From positions 11,224,001 through 11,288,000 of the forward strand of contig NC_086109.1 of assembly GCF_963921235.1 (NCBI RefSeq): a stretch of 64,000 bases of DNA, given 5' to 3'. A program made the position numbers and the translations under genes. Shown piece by piece: positions 1 through 14,532 of this stretch (position 1 is the stretch's first letter; every line of letters starts with the position of its first letter). The stretch comes from Mobula hypostoma (lineage: Eukaryota). The notes beneath the pieces are model-generated. The model had not been told where the DNA came from. It was given only the letters and a program-made list of their open reading frames with translations, and ran no database searches.

Positions 1-1852
1 GAATTTACTGTGGTGTGTTGGTGTGACACACAACATTGAATAATTATAAAAATTGTATAAAAGTAAGTTACAGGTTAAAGTACAGATATGGAATAGAATG
101 TACATAAATATATAGATACTAGCATGTATTTTCAATGTAAACTGCATTACAAAAAGTGGATTGAAGTGTTTACAGTGCAGTCACTGGGGTAATAGATGGT
201 GTGGGTGAGGGGTCAAACTAAAATGGTCGATCAGATTAACTTCCTGGGGGAAGAAACTTTTAAGATGATGTGAAGATTTTGTTTTAATAGCCCTATAGCA
301 CTTTCCTGAAGGGAGATTTTGGAAAAGACAGTTTGCAGGCCAGACGGTGTCTGCAATGATTTTATTTCCTGTCTGCGTTTTTGTCCTGGACGTGAACAAG
401 TCCTTTTACTCATTTTACTCTTCCCCCTTCAACTCCTTCTGAGATCCTACTATTATTTTTTTTACATATTAAGACCAGTTTGCAATGGACTGTGAACCTA
501 CTAACTGACACATCTTAGGATGTGGGTAAAAAAGCACAGCACTTGGAGGAAACCCATGCAGTCACAGGGATAATGTGAACACTGCACAGGCACCATTGGA
601 AGTCGGGATTGAAATGTGTGGGCAGCAGCCCCATGCATTGTGCTACCGTGGGATGGATGAGAAGAGCAGGATGGTTGAGAAACCATTTTATGCATTGAAC
701 CTTCTTAGAAATGTTTTCTTTTAATCTTGAGATCGGGAAAATGGGCATCATGTTCACCACACATCAGTGAGATTTATCTGACCTGACATTCCTCTCAGCG
801 TGATTAGAATCTCTAAGCTTCTAACAAATATGATCATTCATTTCCTGTACCGTTGAGTGATTTTAGCTCTTGGGACTTGACACAGTAGATTGTTGCCACT
901 TCTATGTATTTGTACCAGCTTCCATTGCAGATAGTGAAAATTAAATTTTTGAATCTACTTTGAGAAAGTTACTTTTTCTCCCCTCACAGGGTTCAAAGTT
1001 ATTTAAAATCCACTTTTATCAAATATTATGTGAGCAAGTGTATGGCTGTAATATATGTATGTATTTCTTGATATGTATCCCATGCTTTTGTACAGATGAA
1101 AATTAATTTTTCATTGAATCAGTCCTTGCATTGCCGATAGGTACCTGGATAAATGTAGAGCATCTTAAATGATTTAATGCTTACATATTTAATCTATAGT
1201 TCTGCCATTTGAACGTAGGAGCCAGAATTAGAAGTACAAATACAGAAGGCTCAGCTGTTCTGTGATTCAAGTTAAAGTAACAAATCTGAGGAACATTGTA
1301 AAATGTATTTAAACAGAACATTCACAGGTCTCATGATAAAAATTCTATAAACACAGGCACTTCATTTCAGAAGCACTAAACCGTTACAACACGTGACAGG
1401 ATATCACACTGCTTGAGGAACCTTTAAAACAGTTGGAGTATTTTTTTCCCTATCTCTTAGATAATTGGTTTACAGGCTAGCTCATCTTTCATCAGCCATT
1501 TAGAATGTAACTTCCACTTCAGTGTCACTCAACTGATCTTTGCTTCACTCTGCATTATTCTCACCGCTGTGATTGCTACACAGAATGATCCTTCACTTCT
1601 GCTGAATTACAAAAGCAAAATGATGGAAAGCTGAAATAAAACAGAGTACTAGAAATTCTCAGTAGGGCAGGCAGCAAGGGAAGAGTTAACCTGCATTCTG
1701 ATGAAAGGTCATTGAGGTAAAATGTTAACCCTCTTTCTCTCCATATGACGGCAGCTTGAACTATCAGGTATTTTCTGTTTTTGTGGTTCCTTAACTTCCT
1801 CTCTATTTTGTTAGTTTATTTTTAAATGTGCAGCTTAATGCTCTACATCTGA

Positions 1853-2023
<171 letters not shown>

Positions 2024-4178
2024 TAAGATTTTGTAGAATTGGGTATCAGCTCTTTAAAGAATCGAGAGGGTTGTAGGTTCAAGTCCAACTGCAGTGGAGA
2101 ATTTGGGCTAAAAATTTATCATAAGTCCTACACCTCTGGAGGTCAGAACATTAGTCCCACTATGCTCAACCCATCAGTTTTCATCTTTGGATGTGGTCTT
2201 AACAATTTTCCAGAGCCTTTCTACTTGCTGCCCTGTAACTCTGGTTCCCACCCCCCTGAAAATCTAGTTTGAATCACTCCAGGCTGAACCAGCAAACTTT
2301 CTCACAAGGATATTGGTCCCCCCCATTTCAGGTGTGAACCATCCCATAACATAATCATCTTAGCATACTGGATCCATGTTCCACATGTAGGCAGCAGTTC
2401 CACACTATCCAACCAACTGGTGCTTCACAGATGAACAAAGTGCAATTTAATTGCCAATTCACCAGAGCTACTGACAATCTAATGCATTTGTTACTATTAG
2501 TCCTTTTGCACCTGGTTATTCATCACCAGCCACCCAGCTGTATCTGGTATATCTGAAATGTAGCCACGCCTTTACTGCAATGCTCATTCTGGCATTACCA
2601 TTGGGAACTTACTGATTTAAAAATCCTGCTGCGTTATTTTCTGGGAAAATATGACTTTTTTCATACTGATGACTTTTAATGACAGGTTTTCTAAACTTTA
2701 TACTGATTGCATAATTGAGTTTTGTGTAACTTCCTCAGGAGAAACTAATCAACTCTTAAAATCCTGATTACTTCCACTGAATGTGTTTCTTTTTAATGGA
2801 TTATGGTATTCACTTGGAGGCCACAATGTATATTTTGTAAATGTTGAATGTAACAATATTCCCTATTTTTGTTTACTCTTAATACAAGTATTATAAAAAG
2901 TAAGAGTTTGACTAATCCTGTCCATTTTTGATCTGCTAACTGAAGATTATAAATGACAAAAGGATTAGTTGCTAACAAAAGATCACCTTTGATTATGTAA
3001 TAATTGTTAAGATATTCCACATTTACTTGCATTCTTATAGTATCGTTATATCGTATTAGGTAGTGGAAGCAGAGAATTTGATTTCCTTTAATTCAGAGGT
3101 AAATAGATTTGTGATGTGTAAGGAGACGGACTTGATGGCATTGAGGTTGCTGTCAAATCAGCCATGATAGTGAAATGTGCTTGAGATGCAGTTCAGGTGA
3201 AGTTGAGAGTTGTCAAATTAGCATCCAGTAATTGAACCAGTTGTTCAAAATTAACTTGCTAACTTATCCCGGTAAATGAGGAATTAGCACCTTAACTGTA
3301 ATCAAAATTAGCAATAAAACTCTTTCCTCTGGGTCAGAAGGTGCCGACAGATTCAAGTTTCACTTTATAATTTGAGTACAAGCTGGCAGTTCAGTTTTCG
3401 AAGCAAGCAAATGGTAAATATATTAAACAGACTCCCTGAAGAGATAGTAGGTAAAAGCAGTTAGTGTTGATCAAACAAGGGAAGATTTAAATTTACTTCA
3501 AGAAGTCATAGACTAGAATTTTCTTTCCAAGTAAGTTAATAAAATGTGCAGTTAGTTACAAGAAAATTGTATATAGTGGATTCCAGTTAATCGGATGCAT
3601 TGGGACCAGTACATTATGGCCCAATTATATGGCTGCTCTATTAGTCGAAGTTTCATAGAAATGGTAAAAATGGTATAAAAAAAAAGAAACTACCATTTAA
3701 CTTGGGTAAAACCCAGCTCGCTGCATCAGTTGCTGGATATTTGCCATCATGCAGTGGAGATCTGTGACCTTGTAGAGTTAAATAGTGATCAAAGTCCTTT
3801 CTGAAATGCTTGGCTCAACAACAGTCTGAGCAGAATGCCTATTCAAGGAATGGCTGATAAAATCCTATTCAACATGATCATTTGGGATTCAGGGGAAATA
3901 GTCAAACTTTTAAGCATGATCTTACTTTAGTGTTATCCATTGGAAATGTGCGCTCTCACGTCCTAAGGTTCTAAATTTCAGGATTTTTTAAAAAGCTGTT
4001 ATTTGTTTCATCTTGCCTTTCCCTTTCCTTCTATTCCTGTTCCTGATCTAGCATTGCATTAACCTCCACCATCCTTCTCAGTAAGCCCCATGCTTTCTCC
4101 CCAGTCTCTGATTACTGCAAGTATTATATCTGATTCTGTTTGTTTCATAATCTGTGAGCTTGATCAAAATTGCTTGTA

Positions 4179-4325
4179 CATTCGACCTTCACTAATCCGA
4201 CTACCTGTAATTCGGTTCCTTCGATAACCCGGCATTGATTATGCTTAATGTGATCCTTCTGTAATTCAGCATTTTCACTAATCCGGCACTCCTCAGGTCG
4301 CAATGGATTAGTGAAGGTCGACCTG
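4179..4325. mobile_element. Tc1/mariner-pogo (Tigger-like) MITE
   Basis: TIRs CATTCGACCTTCACTAATCC / GGATTAGTGAAGGTCGACCTG flanked by TA on both sides; internal repeat of TTCACTAATCCG. Confidence 0.75.
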
Positions 4326-4379
4326 TACTAGAATTGAGCCTCTACAATGGCTGAAATAAATGTTCCTTTTACATTCTAG

Positions 4380-4580
4380 ATAAAAGGTTACTGGCTTGGA
4401 CCAAACTACCAAAAGGAGAGCATAGAGGGCAATGATATCCGTCGCACCAATGTCCCAGATATCCGAGTTGGCTACCGCTATGAAACCCTGTGTGAAGAGT
4501 TGAACTTGATCACACAGGCATTAATCACGGCAGAACGATGGGAGAATGAAGCAATAAACATGACTCCACTGTCTGAATAA
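4380..4580 (+). CDS. AMPD2: AMP deaminase 2, last coding exon (to stop codon)
   Basis: TTCTAG acceptor, in frame with the previous exon: [47 protein letters not shown]...[25 protein letters not shown] is AMPD2-type. Confidence 0.95.
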   Translation: MKGYWLGPNYQKESIEGNDIRRTNVPDIRVGYRYETLCEELNLITQALITAERWENEAINMTPLSE

Positions 4581-5646
4581 TGAAATGCACGATGGCCTTC
4601 ACATGGAAGGGCAGTTGTTTAAAACGTTCTAACTAAAATCACCTGTAGACTGCTAGAGTATCTGACTGTTTACCCTCTGTATATCATTAATTATTATTCC
4701 TTGGAACTTCTGAAATTGAAGCTATTTATAAAGTTGTCCATCTGACATACACAATGATTTCTACCTTGCATTATGCTTGTTTTTATAGTAAGGTGTGAAT
4801 GATTTTAAATATAATTGATTGCTCCTTTTGGACAGGTTTTTTGACTGAATGTCAAAGCTGTCCCAGGTGGGTGGGTAACATTCACATCACGTTATTTTCC
4901 TCATGACTGTGACCATGACGATTCTTTTGGCTTGTTCCCAAAAGATCTACCTCCCTGCATTCCCAGAGATGCTTTGGTTGTGCAGGAGCACCGGGCTTTA
5001 TGACCGTTAACCTCTGCATAGATGAAGTAGCATGTGAGGCATTGCCACAAGCATGGTGAGACTTGGATATTTAGAAATCAAATAGGTTTTTTTGTTAATG
5101 ATGTAGACAGTGAACACCCTTATTATATATGTTTACTGCTAAATAGGGGTGATCTCATGAGCGTTGTAAACAATCATTTTTTTTTAAACTTTCTGTCTAC
5201 TCTGGTGGTAATTTCAGCATTGGCTTATTATTTGTGCACTGGAGGAAGTTGTTGAATCCACGCTTCACTCCACCATTTAGGAGCACATTATTTAGGATGA
5301 CTGTTCGTTACTGTACTCAAGAACTACCATATCATCAGAGATGGTATTACTCCCACTGAACTTAACATTTGAGATCAAAGAAAAATTATGCTGTTCTGTA
5401 CCAAGCTTCTACAGTACTCATCCCAAAAACAAAACTGTTAAAAGGAGACTGGTAATTTATCTCATCATCATTAATTAGTCCTGATAGTGTTATTTTGGCT
5501 GGTATTTATAGACTAAATCTTGTAGACTAAATCGATTACATTTCAAGTCCTCCATGACCTAAAGAATGTCCTCGGACTTCCTGAGGGTCTTAAGTATTGT
5601 AAAGTTTTACCTTTGACTCCATCACAATTTTATTGGATATGAGGCT

Positions 5647-5712
5647 TTCAGAAGGAAAGAATGTTCAGAAGGAAAGAATGTTCAGAAGGAAAGAATTTCA
5701 GAAGGAAGGAAT
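5647..5712 (+). repeat. Short tandem repeat of about 17 bp (TTCAGAAGGAAAGAATG), about 4 copies
   Basis: Directly visible in the sequence. Confidence 0.85.
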
Positions 5713-6684
5713 TAATGATTAATCTATGATTTCCTGTATCCAGTCCTGGGCAGAACTAATGTGGAACTGGTCAACCCATGACCTCATTGATCCGTGACCT
5801 TAGCTCCAATCTCAAGTAAGTTAGTCAGTTCCCCAAATATATTCCCTTCTACATTAAGCACAGACTGAGTGTTTTGCAGTATGTGCATTAATAAATGATG
5901 CCGGTTTCTTTTTAAAAATAAGTTTAGTTTTGAGTATTAATTCATTTGCGTATTATAATTATTTATGTATTAAGTTACAATTATTTGCAGGCTGTCCTTA
6001 ATAAGCTGAAAATTGCCTGGTATTATTACTGAAGCTGCTTTTAATGGATAGCTGCAGTTCAGCATATCAGCCTAGAATCCTCTTCCCAGATAGCTTTGCA
6101 ACGGCCAATATCAATAAATCGGTTTTAGGAAATGTCAGTGGTTTTGCACAGCCCACTTGACAGCTTTGTGCCTCGTACAGTAGATTATTACTAAGTAAAA
6201 CACTGGCAACAGTGACTATGAAACTGTCTGTTCTTGCTCTCTGATGAAGTACTGCAACTGCACTACAGTAATTTCCTGTTAAACAATGAGGTGTCCATTA
6301 TTCCAAACTGCTAACAGTACCTTAGGATATATGTCATAATTACACTGATATTACACAGCAATACTGTCATATAGTTTGCATGCAGTCATGTTGAATGGTG
6401 ATCATGTCTAAGGCCAGACTTATTTTCTGGTATTATCCTTTTTGCAATAAGTGAATTTGATATGGTCTCATTGTCAATTGCTTTTCAATCCAGACGTGGC
6501 AATGAACAAGTTTAAAACTTGATTAGGGTGAATGAGCATTGGTGGAAATTGCATATGTGGTGCTTTTCTGCACATGCAGTCCATTTCTTTTCCAGAGTTA
6601 TAGATTGTTTTCTAGTCAAATCTTGGTAATTGATTAAAATACAAGAGGAAAAACATAGCATACAACAAACAGTAACAAACTAAA

Positions 6685-6885
6685 CAAGAGATTCTACAGA
6701 TGGGGAAATCCGGAGTAACGCATACAAAATGCCGGAGCTATGGAGAGGAATAAACAACTGACCATTCGGACCGAGACCCTTTCCCCTTCCTTTCCAGTCC
6801 TGATGAAGGGTCCCGGCTGTAACGTTGACTGTTTATTCCTCTCCATAGATGCTGCCTGACCTGCTGAGTTCCTCCAGCATTTTCA
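6685..6885. mobile_element. Short fold-back Penelope-derived element with degenerate hammerhead motif
   Basis: Inverted arms (CTATGGAGAGGAATAAAC / GTTTATTCCTCTCCATAG); AGTCCTGATGAAGGG...GTAACGTTGACT at 6796-6830. Confidence 0.65.
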
Positions 6886-7514
6886 TAGCATGCCTATAAA
6901 AGCAGTTATTACTGACAAACTCATATGCATGGATGGTTCAGTTACTGAGCCTTTATTTTCAGAGGGACTAGCAGAAGAGTTATTTATGTAACTCAGATTA
7001 ATTTTCTACCACCCAGGTATAAAGTACCCCTTAACGGATATTCATGGAATCTGTCAACAAAGGAGAAAAAAAAACATTTTGCTGTGTGGGTCTCAATGCT
7101 GCTGCAGAGATTAGGTTATAAAGGCAAGTTTTGCAAGTTAAATAATGATTCCTTTGGGCTGTTACTTCATGGTGCAAAACTAGCTTTTATTGTATAAAAT
7201 GAAATCTATGTTGGAGTGTTTCACTAATTTGGAGGGAGGTGTTGTGACTATGAATTGGTTGAACTTAATTGGTATTTTTATAAATCTGTGCAGCTTTGTA
7301 GTAAACGATGATTGTAATTGGCAGTTTTGTGCCAGTGCATCCCATTGCTTGAAAGAAAGTTAGTAAGGTGCATGTTAGTCAAACATGGACTATTGAGTGT
7401 TACTAAAAGGCAACCAACAAAAGAATTACTGCAGAATGAGGCACTGGCTGATGTCGGTAAATGTTTAGTTTACAATCAGCAAACCAACCTAACAGTGATG
7501 TTATAGCGAAGGCA

Positions 7515-7782
7515 GGGTGCTATGATAGCATTGTGGCTAGCCTGACACTATTAAGAGTACAAGGCGCTGGAGTTAGGAGCATCCTTCGTAAGGTGTCTCT
7601 GTACGTCCTCCATGTTTCCCCCGGGAGCTCTGGTTTCCTCCCATAGACTAAAGACAAACTTGGTAGGTTAATTAATCATTCTAACAGTGATTAGGTTAAG
7701 GTTAAATCAAGGTTATTGGGGTTTGCTGGGCGGTGTGACTCGAAGGGCTGATACTGCGCTATATCTATAAATAAATAAATAA
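7515..7782 (+). mobile_element. tRNA-derived SINE (V-SINE-like); related copies at about 9650-9877 and 44795-44990
   Basis: The three copies share GGTTTCCTCCCA..CAAAGAC and a TAA(T/C)TGGT-like core; the first two end in an (AAAT)n tail. Confidence 0.6.
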
Positions 7783-8503
7783 GTTCTGCAGATTCTTCCA
7801 ACATTTTGTGTATATTGCTCTCGATTTCCAGCATCATGTTTCAGATTCTGCAGATACCGGAAGTTCAAAGCAACGCACACAAAATGCTGGAGAAACTCAG
7901 CAGGTCAGAGGGGAATTAAGAGTTAACTCTTTTGGCTGAGACCCATCATCAGGACTAGGGTACTGGCTTATGTTTAACTGAATCCAAGCTATTCTTGTCA
8001 TTAATGATTAGAAATGGATAAAGTTTGAGAGATCATTGCTGTCTCCAAACAAACTAATGATCAAAGTGCAACTGTTGTCTCAGGGTATGGGCAACAGAGT
8101 GTTGCCCAGACAAAGCAGGTAGCTTAGAGAGACCAGGTGAGTTGGTTCATGTGAGAGCAATATGTGTATATGAGCACAAACTCAATGGCCTGACTCTGTA
8201 CAATTTGTTACGTTTTTAATGTGCATTTCCATTCGTTCTAAAATGAATGATTCAGGATTTCTGTCCTGCATCCCTCCTAGTTCAAATTACGGAAACTGAG
8301 TTTTAGGTATTCTGTACAATTCACTGATATCGAGGGCATCCTATTTGCTGATCAAAGTTCAAGTAGGTTTATTATCAAAGCACATATATTATCATAAACT
8401 ATTTTTAGATACATTTTCTTCCTGACATTTATAGGAAAAAAGAAATGTAATAGAACTAACACAAGTCTTAAGACGAACCTTGGATTTTTATCCACGGTAC
8501 CTA

Positions 8504-9028
8504 CACTCAGTGGCCAATCTGCTAGATACAGGAGTGGAACACTGTTTGGTCTTCTGCTGCTGTACCCCATCCACTTCAAAATTTGATGTAATATGAGTCC
8601 AGAGATGTTCTTCTGCACACTGTTGTAACATCTGGTTGTTTGAGTTACTGTCGCCTTCCTGTCTGGTCATTCTCCCCTGATCTCTCATTAATAAGGCACT
8701 TTTGCTCACAGAACTGCCACTCACTGGATGTTTGTTTGTCTTTTTTTTTTGCACCATTTCCTGTAAACTCTTAGAGACTGTGTTTGACAACCTCAGGAGG
8801 TTAGCAGTTTCTGAGATACTCAAAGCCTCCATATAGTTCCAACAATCATTCCACAGTCAAAGTCACTGAGTTCACATTTCTTCCTCATTCTGATGTTTGG
8901 TCTGAACCACAAATGAATCTCTTGATCTCTTGACCATGTCTGCATGCTCTATGCATTGAATTCTGCCACATGATTAGCTGATTAGATATTTGCATTAACG
9001 AGCAGGTGCATCTAAAAGCCACTGAGTT
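8504..9028 (-). mobile_element. Non-autonomous Tc1-like element
   Basis: TA-CACTCAGTGGCCA at left and GCCACTGAGT at right; the minus-strand ORF 8488-8832 resembles a decayed Tc1 transposase N-terminus. A related copy at about 47760-49260 is split by a CR1 fragment. Confidence 0.65.
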
Positions 9029-9904
9029 TAGTTTTATCCCAAGCAGAAATATTGAAAGTGCTTTCTTGTAAAATATCTGAGTGCACAGCATATTTTGAGA
9101 TTTAAATGGGAGCTGTTAATGGCAAAGATTGTTATTTAGTTCCGTTGCTCTGGTAGAAAAATCTAGCTGTACGTAATTCACCAAAGACTAATCTCATGTA
9201 GGTCTAGAAATGTTTCATTGCAGGTAGCTCCCATTATAACAGATAAGCTTACAGGTTAATTGCCTATATGTAATCAAATCTATCAAGATTTATTAGATTT
9301 TAGGTGTGCTTATAACTTATGCTTCCACTTTCCAATTTCTAAATTGCAAGCCTGTTGTTACGTACAGAGTATATGTCACACATCACTAGAAATACTGCAA
9401 AAATCTGGAAAAACAAAAATAATTGATTTGATTCATTAGATAGCTAACATAGATCACATTTCTGCTTGAAAATAAAACTCTTAAAAATGCAATAGTCAAG
9501 TCTTCTACATTATAAGCAGATAATGCATGTTGGATTGGATAACCTTTGAAATATTAATATTTTGAGTGTGATCCTTATCAAAACATGTTTTTTGTTTCTA
9601 TGTCAGAGTAATTACTTTTAACTCCAGGCTGTGCACGATATGGGTTGGCAGATGGTAGCATAATGATTTACAGTGCCAGCAACCTGGGTTAAGTTTGTAT
9701 ATTCTCTCAGTGACTGCATGGCTTCCCTGTGGGTGCACTCGTTTCTTCCCACAGTCCAAAGACCTACCAGTTGGTAGGTTAATTGGTGATTGTAAATTGT
9801 CCTGTGATTAGGTAGGATTAAATCAGGAGATTGCTGGGCAGAAGAACCTATTCCATGCTTTATCTCAATAAATAAATATCACAGCGACCTTGTGCAATAG
9901 ATCA

Positions 9905-10462
9905 CACAACATACCGGAGGAGCTCAGCAGGCTAGGCAGCATCAATGGGGGGGAAAAAGTACATTCGACGTTTTGGATTGAGACCCTTCAGTAGGACTGG
10001 AGTGAAAAAGATGAAGAGTAGATTTAAAAGTTGGGGGAGGGATGAAGTAAATAGCTGGGAAGTTGATTGGTGAAAGAGATACAGGGCTGGAGAGAAGGGA
10101 GTCTGGTAGGTGAGGATAGAAGGCCATGGAAGAAAAAAAAGAGAAGGGGAGAACATTAGGGGGAGGTAATGACCAGGTAAGGTGATGAGGTGAGAGGCGT
10201 AAAATGGGATGGGGACTGAGGGCATGGGGGTGGGGTGTCATTACCAGAAGTTGGGTAAATCGATGTTCATGCCATCAGGTTGGTGGCTACCCAGACGGAA
10301 TATAAGGTGTTCGTCCTCGAACCTGAGTGTGGCATCATCGCGGTCTCGGCTCAAAAAGTCGACAGTACTTTTTTCTGTAGATGCTGCCTGGCCTGCTGAG
10401 TTGCTCCAGCATTTTGTGTGTGTTCCTTGGATTTCCAGCATCTGCAGATTTTCTCTTGTTTG
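9905..10462. mobile_element. Penelope-like 3' end with inverted terminal arm
   Basis: Minus-strand peptide ATLRFEDEHLIFRLGSHQPDGMNID (end of the GIY-YIG domain) followed by pLTR sequence, then an inverted copy of the terminal arm. Confidence 0.75.
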
Positions 10463-13400
10463 TCACTTGTTGTAGACAAGTAGGAACATTTGAATTGTAA
10501 GTTTCCTCTCCAGGCTGATGTTTTAATATCTTTGATTTAAAAGAAACTAAAGTCTTACATTCTAGCTGATCCAGAGCTTAGGAGTTCCCACTGAAGGTAA
10601 ACACAAAGGTTGAGAACATTATTTATATTCTGAGTTGCATTTTCCAGTTCCTGACTCACACATAACCTATTCTAACGCTCCATGGAGCATTGGATGATTA
10701 TAGATGTTACACACATTTTATATTTATCACTTCTGGTTTGTGATAAAGTTAAACTCAGTATTTCTATAGCACACAAGTATGCAACTATCTTTCACCACTT
10801 AAGTAGCTCTCTATTGTCAGATTTGCTGCATGACTTAGAGCTCTACCTTCCCCCTATGTCCTATTGAAGATCAAAACATGAATAAGTTTTGTAAATGCCC
10901 ACAGGACAGGTACACAGATTATCAACGTTAATTTGGAATTCATTTACTCTTCGCTGTCCTACTCTTGCTTCTGAAATTTGGTATCCTTGTATTCAACAGA
11001 ATCAGCCACAACTACACAACATAACCAAAATGAGTTAGAGTTTCTATGCGATTATTCCCTAGTAGTTTACCTAATGGTCAGCTGAGTATCTAAGACAGCT
11101 GCTTGTGCTTTCATAAGCATTCTCTTTACAATGAAGATAAGGCATGTAGTTTACTGTTAGTTGCGTATAGCCAATAGTGATGCTTTGTACAGTATTTTCA
11201 TTCATAAAATGAGGAAATACCTTGGTGACATAATCCCTAACCAAGGCTGTTTACAAAGCGAAGTGCACCATCCATCACAATGGTCAGCTGTAGCAGAGAT
11301 AGCTGGTTGTTACCTGCTTTTGTTCTACACTGCACTATTTCCATAAGCATTCCCATATCCTATTTGTGATCCACTTTACTCAGGCTGCTTCATCTACAGA
11401 ACAGTTCTGGAATTTCTCAGTCAAATCATGTTTTATATTGGATGATCTCACTTGAAGCTCCGTGTGTAAATTGTATCAGAAATATTTAGTTCCTTCTATC
11501 CACCATTATTGGGCTTAATTGCTTTTTCTGCATTCGGAGCACTTCATAAACGGCCGAACATGGTGAGAATTGTAATGGAGGTCTTGAATGGTTAAGAAGT
11601 GTGACTGGGTTTTGATATTTGTGCATTTGTCTAGAACAGTTGTGCTCTGCTTCCCCAATGCAGCCTGTGGCAGGTGCAATGTCTTGCCAATGGTTCATGC
11701 CCAATTTTTGAAACTGCACTCCATAATTTGTATCCAAAAGTAATATGTGATTTTCAAGTGTTGGTAGATAGGTGATAGAATAAAGAATAATTTTTAATAC
11801 TCGAAGTAGGTCATATGACTCTTAGAGCTTTCACTTTTCTGAACAAATGCTGGTGTTTTATTAAGAACTTCTTGGAAGATATTGGTGGTTGTAGTGTTGC
11901 GAAACGCTGGTTGTTTTTTAGCCTGCCTCATTACCTCCTGCTTACTACAGACACTAAAGCACATAAGACTTCATTGCACAGGAGAGCTTACTCAAACCAG
12001 TTGGATTATCCTCTATTAATTGTTCCTACTGTGGCAGACACACTGGCTTGTTGTTTGCTGCTTTTCACAATTAGTTAAATCAAAGGGAAGTTGGACACTT
12101 ACTAAAGAGAATAAGGTACAGGAATACAGCGAAACTAGTGGAATGGGATCGCTCCTCTGGGGGCTGGCATGGAACTGAGAGACTGAGTGGTCTCCTTTTT
12201 TGTATTTGTAAGAGAAGTGTGTATTTTGTTTGCTAATTTGTTGCTAGAAGTTGATCCTCTGCTTGACTATCAAAAAGAGCTGATTTACATGCTGGAATAT
12301 GTGAAATGTGAATGGAAAGTAAGTTTTAAAAAAAATTGGATTTGCCATGTTGCCTCAAACATTATTTTTAAATGTAGAAATGCATCCACAAAGGTTTTGA
12401 TGGTGCTTGAAACTTGTTCACCAAAATAATGTAATGATCTTGCAGAATAGTAACTACCTGGTTTGCAACAAGCAAAACTGTGGCACCAGAGCGTAAAGGA
12501 AGTCCACAGTTTTAGGACCTTAAGTTAAACAGTTATCATTGCCATAGAATGCTGGAAATATACTTTAATGATACTTTGTGTAGTGTGTGTTGGTTCAAAC
12601 AATGGCAAATTTACTTTGACATCAGATTTTAACGTTTGACTTTGCTAGTGACGCATTTAACCAAATGAAGAGTGGCTGATCTGTTCATCACTTGCCTACC
12701 CTGCCTCTTTACAATTTCATTGTAGTTGTAACAGCCTCAAGGTGGCCAGGCAACCCCACATGTTTGAAACCAGTTCAATATGAAGGCCCACCTTCTTAGA
12801 TATCCCCTAAGGATTGAGGAAGACTCTCTTTCACTCCAGTTCTGTGGCCTATGAGGTCAATTTAGGAAGCCTGAACTCCTCCACAACTGGAACTGGAGAT
12901 GATTGGTGGAGCGTGGGTGGTATGTGTGGGAAGCTGGAAAGGGGCACTAAGTGGTAGCAACAGCACATTTGTGTTTCAGGTTATTTTGCAAGAAAAGTAA
13001 ATGAAATTATGGTAAATGAAGATTTATCTAATTTTGATCTATTGGATGTCATCTTTTAAATACAGTATATTAATTGCCATTTTTGCACTGTGATTGCTTG
13101 TTAATTCTGTTAATGGAAATTGCTTAAAAATGTAATTATGCTAAGGTATTGCAATAAAATTAATTGAAAAGCGATGTTCTGCTGTTTGTAGATGAGTTAT
13201 GTAAGTGGGAATAAAACCTACCCTGACCTTGTAGTTTGTGTGTTTAACATGTCTGGTTGGTTTAAAAATAATAAATGTTCACCTGTACTAATAAAAATAG
13301 CTCTTTGTTTACAGCAGTGAATGCAGTTCAGTATTTTAAAAATGTGCTTTATCTAGTTGTTCACGGTCCCTTTGGAAAGAATGAACATGATAGTTATTCA

Positions 13401-14171
13401 TTAACATACAGAATGGAATAGTAGAATTAGAACAGAGTTCTGACAAAGTAAATTAAAATTGTATGAGGTGTTAAAGGGTAGATGATGGATACTTAATGGA
13501 TAATATTGCATGTATGTGTACATGAATTCCAACAATTATTTATTCCTCTCTGGTACAAAATGTCAGGAAAGAGAGCTTGGACCAAGGAAGTTTGAGATAG
13601 TATTAGTCGCAAAGAGGAATTTTAAATTAGCAAGAAAAAGCAGCATGCCTGGTGATGGGAGCAATGTGAAATTTAGCAAATGACAGCAAAATTATTTAGG
13701 AAATGGAAGACAGAATGAATTTATTCTTCCAAGGAACATTAAAAAGAAACTGCCTGTAGAAGCTTTGATGAATAAGTAAAGAGAGTTAGTGAAGGGAAAA
13801 CTGTGGCCTATAGCTAAAGAGTTATAAAATCATGATTAGAAACAAATGGCAGAACAATGAAACATATACTTTGGGGTGTCTTCTCAGAACACAAATAACT
13901 TCCCAGGTGTGTAAGAAACCTGAGAGGTGGAGGGAATGAAGGAAAGCAATGTTACTAGAATGGGGATTTTGAGGCTTTAGCTCTGAGGTTTGAGTGAGAG
14001 AAGGCAAAAAGCTGTAGGGGAAAAGATTCCCCCTCCCCCATTTATTTATTGTTTTTCTTCTTTATATTTCCATAGTTGGAACAGTAGGGACGTGATGGCT
14101 GACTGCTGCTGTTGTGGGATGTGGGAAGGCTGAGAGACCTCCCAGCTGCAGCTTCTGACACTCTGCATTAG

Positions 14172-14532
14172 TAGTCATAGTCATACTTTATTGATCCAGG
14201 GGAAATTGGTTTTCGTTACAGTTGCACCATATATAATTAAATAGTAATAAAACCATAAATAATTATATAGTAATATGTAAATTATGCCAGGAAATAAGTC
14301 CAGGACCAGCTTATTGGTTCAGGGTGTCTGACCCTCCAAGGGAGGAGTTGGAAAGTTTGATGGCCACAGGCAGAAATGACTTCCTATGATGCTCTGTGTT
14401 GCATCTCGGTGGAATGAGTCTCTGGCTGAATGTACTCCTGTGCCCACCCAGTACATTATGTAGTGGATGGGAGACATTGTCCAAGATGGCATGCAACTTG
14501 GACAGCATCCTCTTTTCAGACACCACCGTCAG
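14172..14532 (-). mobile_element. Rex1/Babar-type LINE 3' fragment
   Basis: Peptide SHPLH...PRCNTEHHRKSFLPVAIKL and a tandem-repeat tail after AATAAA. Confidence 0.7.

Noticed and set aside
1695..1730. CTGATGA motif as an active hammerhead or a snoRNA box
   Set aside because: The GAAAC box and stems are degenerate. It is an old Penelope-derived remnant, like those near 36235, 37011 and 44640.
5647..5712. CRISPR-like repeat array
   Set aside because: Simple head-to-tail tandem repeat without spacers in a eukaryotic context.
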